Part shown: positions 28,637-35,820 of the stretch, piece by piece
Layout of the letters: each line of letters starts with the position of its first letter
How positions within the stretch are numbered: the first letter of the stretch is position 1
Sequence record: SRR20825006_1230
DNA: 35,820 nt
Reading direction: 5' to 3' (one strand)
Notes under the pieces: model-generated
Database searches by the model: none
What the model was told of the DNA's origin: nothing
What the model saw: the letters and a program-made list of their open reading frames with translations, nothing else
Position numbers and translations under genes: made by a program

Positions 28637-31519
28637 TTATTCTGCTGCATCCTGCGCTGTGGGGCGACGCTCCAGCAGCTCCTTCAGGAACCGTCCTGTG
28701 TGTGAGCGTGGCTCGTCGATGATCGCCTCTGGTGGGCCTTTGGCCACCAGCTCACCACCACCATCGCCGCCTTCGGGGCCGAGATCGATCACCCAGTCAG
28801 CGGTTTTAACCACTTCTAGATTGTGCTCAATCACAACAACTGTGTTGCCCTGATCAACCAACTCATGCAGCACCTCAAGCAATTTGGCCACATCGTGGAA
28901 GTGCAAGCCAGTGGTCGGCTCGTCCAACACATAAAGTGTGCGGCCTGTTGCCCGTTTAGAAAGCTCTTTAGAGAGTTTCACTCGCTGGGCTTCACCGCCA
29001 GATAGAGTCGTCGCCTGTTGGCCGATCTTGACATAGCCGAGACCAACCCGTTGCAGCGTGATCATCTTGTCGCGAATGGCCGGAACAGCAGAGAAGAACT
29101 CAACGCCTTCATCTACCGTCATTTCCAGCACGTCAGAAATGGATTTGCCTTTAAACTGAACTTCAAGGGTTTCACGATTATAGCGCTTGCCGTGGCAAAC
29201 ATCACAGGTCACATAAACGTCTGGCAAAAAGTGCATTTCAATCTTCAAAACGCCATCGCCCTGACACGCTTCACAGCGACCGCCTTTCACGTTGAACGAG
29301 AATCGGCCCGGTGCATAGCCACGCGCCTTGGCTTCTGGAAGCCCAGCAAACCATTCGCGAATTGGCGTAAAGGCTCCGGTATAGGTGGCGGGGTTAGAGC
29401 GTGGCGTTCTGCCGATTGGGCTCTGGTCAATATCGATCACCTTGTCCAAAAACTCTAAGCCAAGCAATTGATCATGTGGGGCAGGCGTCAAGCGTGCACC
29501 ATTCAACTTGCGCGCAATGCCCGCATACATTGTATCCAAAATCAATGTCGATTTGCCGCCGCCGGAAACACCCGTGATCGCTACAAAGCATCCCAAAGGA
29601 ATGTCTACATCCACATTCTTCAAATTGTTGCCGGTCGCCCCGGTGACAGAGATTTTGCGTGTATCGGAAATAGGACGCCGCTCCGCAGGCACCTTCACGC
29701 CCATTTTGCCCGACAAATATTGTCCAGTCAGGCTGGTCTTGTGCTTGATGATGTCCTGTGGCTTGCCCGCAGCAACAATCTGACCACCATGTACGCCAGC
29801 GCCGGGGCCAATATCCACCACGTGATCTGCTGTCAGAATCGCGTCTTCATCATGTTCAACCACAATCACGGTGTTGCCCAAATCGCGCAAGCGCCGCAAT
29901 GTGTCGAGCAAACGCGCATTGTCGCGTTGGTGAAGGCCAATGGATGGCTCATCCAACACATAAAGCACACCAGTCAAGCCTGAACCAATTTGCGACGCCA
30001 ACCGAATCCGTTGGCTTTCACCGCCGGAAAGCGTGCCGGAATTGCGCGATAGGCTAAGATAGTCTAGGCCCACATCCACAAGGAAGGTAAGACGGTCGCG
30101 AATTTCTTTCAAAATTCGTTCGCCAATTTCCTTTTGGGTAGCGGTGAGTTTCGCTGAAATTTGATCAAACCAAATATGTGCTTCGCGGATCGACTTTTGT
30201 GACACTTCGCCAATATGCTTGCCGTCAATTTTCACCGCCAAAGCTTCAGGCTTTAGGCGGTAGCCACCGCAGGAATCACACGGCGCAGAAGACATATATT
30301 TTTCGATCTCTTCACGCATCCCAGCGCTTTCCGTCTCGCGGTAACGACGGGAAAGATTGCCCACAACCCCTTCAAACGCCTTTTGAGTTTTGTAAGAGCG
30401 CAAGCCATCATCATAAACAAATTCGATTTTCTTGCCGCCGGTACCAAACAGCACCGCCTTGCGCACATCTTCAGGTAAGTCGCGCCACGCCGTTTCCATC
30501 GAAGCGCCATAAGCTTTGCAAACAGCTTGCAATGTCTGGGCGTAATAAGGGGCAGAAGTGCGCGACCATGGCGCAATGGCACCCTTTTTCAGACTTAGAG
30601 AATCGTCAGGCACCACCAAATCTTCGCTGACCTTGGATTCCGCACCCAAGCCATCACATTTAGGGCAAGCGCCAAATGGGTTGTTAAACGAGAAAAGCCG
30701 CGGCTCGATCTCTGCAATTGTAAAGCCGGAAACAGGGCAGGCGAACTTTTCGGAGAACACCAATTGTTCATTTTCGCCATCGCTGCCAACAATCTCAGCA
30801 ATCGCAATACCCTCGGCCAGTTGCAACGCGGTTTCAAAGCTCTCAGCCAACCGCGCCTGCATATCGCTGGACACAACGATCCGATCGACGACCACATCAA
30901 TATTGTGCTTGAATTTCTTGTCGAGGGCAGGTGCGTCTGGAATTTCATAAAACTCGCCATCAATACGCACACGCTGAAAGCCGCGCTTCATCAAAGCAGC
31001 AAGCTCTTTCTTATATTCGCCCTTCCGGCCACGCACGATTGGAGCAAGCAGATAAAGCCGTGTGCCTTCTTCGAGTGCCAGCACTTTATCGACCATTTGG
31101 GTCACGGTCTGGCTTTCAATCGGCAACCCCGTCGCAGGTGAATAAGGAATGCCCACGCGCGCAAACAGCAAGCGCAAATAATCGTAAATCTCGGTCACAG
31201 TACCCACGGTTGAACGAGGGTTCTTAGACGTTGTTTTCTGCTCAATCGAAATAGCAGGAGACAATCCATCAATCTGTTCCACATCCGGCTTTTGCATCAT
31301 TTCAAGGAACTGGCGCGCATAGGCCGAAAGGCTCTCTACATAGCGGCGCTGCCCCTCCGCATAAATCGTATCAAAGGCCAAAGAAGATTTGCCCGAGCCA
31401 GAAAGCCCGGTCATCACGATCAATTCATCACGCGGCAACGTGAGATCGACAGATTTAAGATTATGTTCTTTGGCGCCACGAATAATGATTTCGCGATTGT
31501 GATGTGCCGATTTCGACAT
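28637..31519 (-). CDS. uvrA: Excinuclease ABC subunit A
   Basis: Two ABC ATPase halves ([41 protein letters not shown]), CEACQGDG...CDVC zinc finger. Confidence 0.99.
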   Translation of the reverse strand: MSKSAHHNREIIIRGAKEHNLKSVDLTLPRDELIVMTGLSGSGKSSLAFDTIYAEGQRRYVESLSAYARQFLEMMQKPDVEQIDGLSPAISIEQKTTSKNPRSTVGTVTEIYDYLRLLFARVGIPYSPATGLPIESQTVTQMVDKVLALEEGTRLYLLAPIVRGRKGEYKKELAALMKRGFQRVRIDGEFYEIPDAPALDKKFKHNIDVVVDRIVVSSDMQARLAESFETALQLAEGIAIAEIVGSDGENEQLVFSEKFACPVSGFTIAEIEPRLFSFNNPFGACPKCDGLGAESKVSEDLVVPDDSLSLKKGAIAPWSRTSAPYYAQTLQAVCKAYGASMETAWRDLPEDVRKAVLFGTGGKKIEFVYDDGLRSYKTQKAFEGVVGNLSRRYRETESAGMREEIEKYMSSAPCDSCGGYRLKPEALAVKIDGKHIGEVSQKSIREAHIWFDQISAKLTATQKEIGERILKEIRDRLTFLVDVGLDYLSLSRNSGTLSGGESQRIRLASQIGSGLTGVLYVLDEPSIGLHQRDNARLLDTLRRLRDLGNTVIVVEHDEDAILTADHVVDIGPGAGVHGGQIVAAGKPQDIIKHKTSLTGQYLSGKMGVKVPAERRPISDTRKISVTGATGNNLKNVDVDIPLGCFVAITGVSGGGKSTLILDTMYAGIARKLNGARLTPAPHDQLLGLEFLDKVIDIDQSPIGRTPRSNPATYTGAFTPIREWFAGLPEAKARGYAPGRFSFNVKGGRCEACQGDGVLKIEMHFLPDVYVTCDVCHGKRYNRETLEVQFKGKSISDVLEMTVDEGVEFFSAVPAIRDKMITLQRVGLGYVKIGQQATTLSGGEAQRVKLSKELSKRATGRTLYVLDEPTTGLHFHDVAKLLEVLHELVDQGNTVVVIEHNLEVVKTADWVIDLGPEGGDGGGELVAKGPPEAIIDEPRSHTGRFLKELLERRPTAQDAAE

Positions 31520-31630
31520 GTAGACTTCCTGCTTGTTCCTGCGGCATGAGCCAGGCTGATTGATCTGCGACGCTCAACCTAGGGTGCTTAAAAATGAATC
31601 ACAAGAGTTGACTTTGTTCGATTTTATGTA

Positions 31631-31645
31631 GAACATAAATAGAAC
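31631..31645. promoter_or_regulatory. Alphaproteobacterial LexA (SOS) box between uvrA and ssb
   Basis: GAAC-ATAAATA-GAAC, an exact GAAC-N7-GAAC; another GAAC follows at 31654 with N8 spacing. Confidence 0.88.
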
Positions 31646-31766
31646 AAATAAATGAACGTCAAGTGGATTGTGGATGAGTGAGAAACACTTCTTCATTCTC
31701 TTGGCGTGTTGTGCACATAAACTCTACGATTAAAACGTGAAATTGGATGCACATAATTTGGTTGCA

Positions 31767-31794
31767 CATATTGAATTGATCTCAATTCAATATG
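31767..31794. repeat. AT-rich inverted repeat with 13-bp perfect arms just upstream of the ssb RBS
   Basis: CATATTGAATTGA-TC-TCAATTCAATATG. Confidence 0.9.
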
Positions 31795-31815
31795 ACGCCT
31801 GAAAGGGAAGAAACG

Positions 31816-32310
31816 ATGGCAGGCAGTGTTAATAAGGTAATTTTGGTTGGTAATCTTGGTGCTGACCCCGAGGTGCGCAACACCAATGATGGTCGCCCCA
31901 TCGTGAATCTGCGTATTGCGACATCTGAGCGGTGGCGCGACAAAAACTCAGGTGAACAACGCGAGCGTACAGAATGGCACCGCGTGGTGATCTTCAATGA
32001 AGGTCTGTGCCGCGTGGCAGAACAATATCTGCGCAAAGGCTCAACTGTTTATATTGAAGGCCAGTTGCAAACCCGCAAATGGCAGGATCAGGACGGTAAT
32101 GATCGTTACTCAACTGAGATCGTGTTGCAGGGCTTCAACTCAACCCTGACCATGCTTGGTGGCCGCAGCGACAATGCAGGCGACAGCAACTATGGCGGTG
32201 GCGGCGGTTCCTCATATGGTGGGAACAACAATCAAGGCGGTGGCGGTCGTCCACAAGCGAATGCACCAGCATTTGATGCTGGCGATATGGATGATGACAT
32301 TCCATTCTAA
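31816..32310 (+). CDS. ssb: Single-stranded DNA-binding protein
   Basis: [37 protein letters not shown], Gly-rich linker, DDDIPF tail. Confidence 0.99.
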   Translation: MAGSVNKVILVGNLGADPEVRNTNDGRPIVNLRIATSERWRDKNSGEQRERTEWHRVVIFNEGLCRVAEQYLRKGSTVYIEGQLQTRKWQDQDGNDRYSTEIVLQGFNSTLTMLGGRSDNAGDSNYGGGGGSSYGGNNNQGGGGRPQANAPAFDAGDMDDDIPF

Positions 32311-32333
32311 GCCGCAAGCACATATCTAAACAT

Positions 32334-32364
32334 AAAAAGGCCGCTCACTCTGAGCGGCCTTTTT
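32334..32364. terminator. Bidirectional intrinsic terminator between ssb and the convergent operon
   Basis: AAAAA-ggccgctca-ctc-tgagcggcc-TTTTT. Confidence 0.92.
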
Positions 32365-32384
32365 GTTTGGAAATATTATGTGTT

Positions 32385-32921
32385 TTAGCTCTTGGAAAAC
32401 GGAATGTTCGCCGTAGACGTACCACCGCTTTCCTTATGCAAAATGTCAAACTTCACAACAATCTGTCCGTTGCGGAGCTGAAGGTCGACGCCGATGTCAA
32501 AAGTATCATCGTCGTCTGAGTTCACATTTAACAGTGAGAAGCTAAGATTTTTGCCAGAACGTCGGCCAATAGCAACACCTTGAAAGCTCGTGTTCGAAGA
32601 CATCACAGCTTCATATCGACGGTTTTTCTCAATGTAAGCAACTGTGCCGCGCATTGATAAGGTTGTGCCAGCCAAAGAACACCGACCGCGCAGACCGATA
32701 CGATCTGGTCCTGTATCCGTGAAATCCATTTTGCACAAAACGGTTTCGTCTTCACCTGTAGAGGCGAGTTTGGCTTCGCCACGGCCACGCCAATTGCCAA
32801 CATAGCTTTTCAGCAATTCTATATCGGCTTTGCCCGCGAAACTGGGTGTTGAAAAGCCACTGGCCAAAACAGCGCCCAAAATCAGCGCTTTAAAAGCATT
32901 CGCGATATGCTTGAAATTCAT
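32385..32921 (-). CDS. Exported hypothetical protein, beta-strand rich, two Cys
   Basis: Sec-type signal peptide (...PSFA-GK), GNWRGRG, Cys pair (VLCKM, GRCSL), alternating-hydrophobicity strands; GGAGG RBS; ATGA overlap with the upstream transporter stop. Confidence 0.8.
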   Translation of the reverse strand: MNFKHIANAFKALILGAVLASGFSTPSFAGKADIELLKSYVGNWRGRGEAKLASTGEDETVLCKMDFTDTGPDRIGLRGRCSLAGTTLSMRGTVAYIEKNRRYEAVMSSNTSFQGVAIGRRSGKNLSFSLLNVNSDDDDTFDIGVDLQLRNGQIVVKFDILHKESGGTSTANIPFSKS

Positions 32922-35167
32922 TTCGGTTGTCCTCCAAAGGATCTAAACAATCGCCCCCCGGCGATTAGCAATGAAGGCAAAATAATCAAATCGCCCAACA
33001 AAGCCAAGAAAAGAGTAAGCACGCAAAGTGCCCCAAATAGGGCGACCTGCGGCAACACTGAGAATATAACTACTGTTGTGCCCGCACAAAGGATGAGTGT
33101 GGTGGCAATCAAAGCAGGGCCAACACGTTCCAATGTCCGCATAACCGCTTCTTTGTGACCATAATTTTGATTCCGTGCACGTACATAATGGTTCATGAAA
33201 TGGATAGTGTCATCCACGGCAATGCCAAATGCAATCGTCAACGAAATGACAGTAGTGAGTTGAAGGCCAGCGCCTGAAACCCACAAATAAAATTCTGTGC
33301 CCAATATAGGCGCAAAGTTCGGGATGGTGCAGATCAGCGCAACGCGCCAAGACCGGAAAGCAATGCCGATGATGAAGATCGAAATCACCACGGCGATGGT
33401 CAAACCATCTTGCAGCCGTTGGATCATATCGACACTTTCATAGGCGGAAAGCACTCTAAACCCGGAGATGGAGGCATCGCCCAATCCAGCTTCCTTCAAT
33501 GCGGCATCGGTTTCTTCCACCAATTCGCGCACTTCTTTAGAGCCAAGTTGAGTTGGCATAAAGGCAGTGGCCATCGCCAAATCGCCTTCATCGGTGATGA
33601 AACGGCGTTTCATGAACGGGCCAACCGCATCAAAAATTTGATCACGGCTAAACCCGGCTTCGCTATAATGGTTGAAGCTGGCGCCGGAGATCACTTTGCC
33701 TTTGCCGAAGATATTTTCCAAAATGCCGTGAACGGTCTCAACCCGCGCAAAATCATCATCTGTGATCTGCGGGTCATTGTCCAAAAGCGGAATGGAAACG
33801 TAAAGCGGCGCTACACCGCCAACACCTTGGTCAATCGCTTCAGACGTATCCAAAGCTTCCGAGCCTTTTGGCAAAAATTGCTGGAATGAGAAAGTGGGCT
33901 GCAATTGGAAGTGCGGATAAAGCATCAGCACAAAGGCCAACACACCCAAAATCGCAACAGGCTTGTGTCCACGCTCCGCTAGCTTGGAGAGCGGCGGAAT
34001 GATGGCGGTTAGTGCCACGCTAGGGGCTTGCTTCGGCTTATAACCCATCCGAGTTGCTGCACGCAGAGCCAAAGGCAAAAAGGTCACTAGGGCCAAAAAC
34101 GCCATGGGAATGGCGAGGGCCCCAGTGATAGCAAATTCGAAAATGCCTTGCCCTGGCGCAATGCTAAGCGACAAAAACGCCACAACGGTGGTGATCGACG
34201 TCAGCGCACAAGCTGGACTGACGCGCACAATCGTTTCGCGGATCGCTTCTTCATGGTCCATGCCTTCACGCGATAATCGCAGCCAATGGAAACAGAAGAA
34301 CATACTCTCCGCAAAGGCAATCACCAGAACAAGCGCAGTCAAAATATTGGTGAGGAAGGTGAAGGAACCGAAAATCAGCACAACGCTGCCCACCACCCAA
34401 AGAACCGAAACAAACGGAGCCAAAGTTGCCAACACCGCGCCCCAGAACGTGCGGAAGGCTAAAAATGCGGTCAAGAAGCCAAGAATAATGCCTGCAGCCG
34501 TAAATTTGACTTGGTCAGATTTACTGGCGTTCAGCAGTTCAGATTTCCAGATCGGCGGGCCTGTCAGTTCAATTTGATAACGCGGATCATCATAAAAGCT
34601 GATCATTTCGCGCAACTCTGCGATCATGCGTGCTTCGCCGTCACCTTTCAGCATATCCGGGTTCGGGAACATCAGCATCACAAAGCCTGTGAGATCCTCG
34701 ACGATAAGGTTACGCATCATCGGGTCGTTTTGGCGCAAATCATTCAGCGCAGCGGCCACTTCTTCGGCATTGGCCATATCTTCCGGCACAGCAGGGCGCG
34801 TAATCCCATCTTCTTCAGCAGGCTTGCGCAAAGAAAACGGAGAAAGCGTGCCGCTGGCAAAGCTGTTCAACTCGAGCTCCAGCGCCAGTTCGCGCATGGT
34901 TTCAATCACTTCTGGATCAGTAAGCTGATCAGATTTGACCAAAATATAGGCATCATTCTCAAAGGTGCCGAACCGTTCGCCCAACTCCACATAGGTGTCA
35001 TAATATTCGCCTGAATTCTTATAGAGCCGCAGCAAATCGCCATCGATGGTGATGCGTGGCACTTGTGCCAAGCACAGCAGTGTAAATGCGATAAGAACCG
35101 CAGTGACAATTTTAGGATATTTCAGGGTGATAAGGCCGATACGCTCGAGGCCAAAACCGATTGACAA
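32918..35167 (-). CDS. MMPL/HpnN-like RND-superfamily transporter
   Basis: Two repeats of TM + periplasmic loop + 5 TM; FGIAVDDTIHF motif, ALTSITT and GDLIILPSLL; probable TTG start at 35167 after GGAG (ORF track gives 35215). Confidence 0.88.
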   Translation of the reverse strand: MSIGFGLERIGLITLKYPKIVTAVLIAFTLLCLAQVPRITIDGDLLRLYKNSGEYYDTYVELGERFGTFENDAYILVKSDQLTDPEVIETMRELALELELNSFASGTLSPFSLRKPAEEDGITRPAVPEDMANAEEVAAALNDLRQNDPMMRNLIVEDLTGFVMLMFPNPDMLKGDGEARMIAELREMISFYDDPRYQIELTGPPIWKSELLNASKSDQVKFTAAGIILGFLTAFLAFRTFWGAVLATLAPFVSVLWVVGSVVLIFGSFTFLTNILTALVLVIAFAESMFFCFHWLRLSREGMDHEEAIRETIVRVSPACALTSITTVVAFLSLSIAPGQGIFEFAITGALAIPMAFLALVTFLPLALRAATRMGYKPKQAPSVALTAIIPPLSKLAERGHKPVAILGVLAFVLMLYPHFQLQPTFSFQQFLPKGSEALDTSEAIDQGVGGVAPLYVSIPLLDNDPQITDDDFARVETVHGILENIFGKGKVISGASFNHYSEAGFSRDQIFDAVGPFMKRRFITDEGDLAMATAFMPTQLGSKEVRELVEETDAALKEAGLGDASISGFRVLSAYESVDMIQRLQDGLTIAVVISIFIIGIAFRSWRVALICTIPNFAPILGTEFYLWVSGAGLQLTTVISLTIAFGIAVDDTIHFMNHYVRARNQNYGHKEAVMRTLERVGPALIATTLILCAGTTVVIFSVLPQVALFGALCVLTLFLALLGDLIILPSLLIAGGRLFRSFGGQPK

Positions 35168-35418
35168 TGTACAACACTCCAATAGTGGCAGCAGCGACTT
35201 AGCTGCAGGCGGCAAGTCTTTGTTCTGGTTTTTGCGGAGAATTAAGCAGATTCTGATTTAAATTGCCACGATATTGCCAAGTTTGCGTTAAATTCGGCGT
35301 AAAAAACGCCAAAATCCGGCCTTCTTATGTGTACAAGCGTGCAATCTGAATGGTGTTCTGTTGCGGAATCACTTAAGAACAGAGGGTTAACGCACACGCA
35401 ACAGCAATAAGAACAGCC

Positions 35419-35820
35419 GTGACTGATACGCCCAACGATCAAACACCAGAAAATGTACCCAATTCAGATATCTCTTTGATCTCTGTCACTGATGAGATGC
35501 GCCGCTCTTATCTTGATTACGCGATGAGCGTGATCGTGAGCCGGGCGCTGCCAGATGTGCGCGATGGGTTGAAGCCTGTGCACCGTCGAATTCTCTATTC
35601 GATGCACGAAAATGGTTACGAGTGGAACAAGCAATATCGTAAGTCGGCCCGTGTGGTCGGTGACGTAATCGGTAAATATCACCCGCATGGTGATACTGCC
35701 GTTTATCACGCACTTGTGCGGATGGCGCAGGAATTCTCTATGCGCTTGCCACTGATTGATGGCCAAGGCAACTTCGGCTCCATCGATGGGGATATGCCGG
35801 CCGCCATGCGTTACACCGAA
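35419..35820 (+). CDS. gyrA: DNA gyrase subunit A, 5' part (3'-truncated), absent from ORF track
   Basis: Manual translation from GTG 35419: [34 protein letters not shown]...KYHPHGD...[18 protein letters not shown]; catalytic Tyr codon at 35812; [11 protein letters not shown] and PVHRRIL are GyrA-type rather than ParC-type. Confidence 0.96.
   Translation, partial: MTDTPNDQTPENVPNSDISLISVTDEMRRSYLDYAMSVIVSRALPDVRDGLKPVHRRILYSMHENGYEWNKQYRKSARVVGDVIGKYHPHGDTAVYHALVRMAQEFSMRLPLIDGQGNFGSIDGDMPAAMRYTE

Noticed and set aside
30700..31160. UvrA with missing zinc-ligand cysteines (YSPATG, CPVSG)
   Set aside because: To my knowledge this is the usual alphaproteobacterial UvrA form
35464..35766. Minus-strand ORFs at the right edge
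   Set aside because: Antisense shadows of gyrA
1..35820. CRISPR array, IS element, prophage, tRNA/rRNA or horizontally acquired island
   Set aside because: No spaced repeats, transposase, integrase, phage genes or RNA-gene signatures seen; composition looks uniform by eye (not computed)

Overview
Core-chromosome window from an alphaproteobacterium of the Hyphomicrobiales/Rhizobiales, probably a moderate-GC Devosiaceae member such as Maritalea (inferred from gene order and protein style, not from a search). Gene order: 'valS > ilvD > exoR-like > < xth < erpA | dgt > argS > SPOR/FtsN-like > scpA > scpB > orphan ABC ATPase > tatABC > serS > surE > pcm > nlpD-like > < DUF815 ATPase | yajC > fused secDF > Mth938-like > NDUFAF6-like > DUF4153-like > < trmFO < DUF1127 small protein < uvrA | ssb > < exported protein < MMPL/RND transporter | gyrA'. 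I saw no mobile elements, CRISPR arrays, tRNA/rRNA genes or defence islands, and no clearly new multi-gene system. The best leads are: (1) a 49-aa DUF1127 gene missed by the ORF track, with a LysR-type dyad upstream, a CCUCCC-loop hairpin plus terminator in its 3' UTR, and a hairpin-rich region further upstream; (2) a GyrA QRDR with His at the E. coli Asp87 position; (3) a stand-alone MMPL transporter coupled to an exported beta-rich protein; (4) nagZ missing from its usual position; (5) a complex uvrA/ssb control region.
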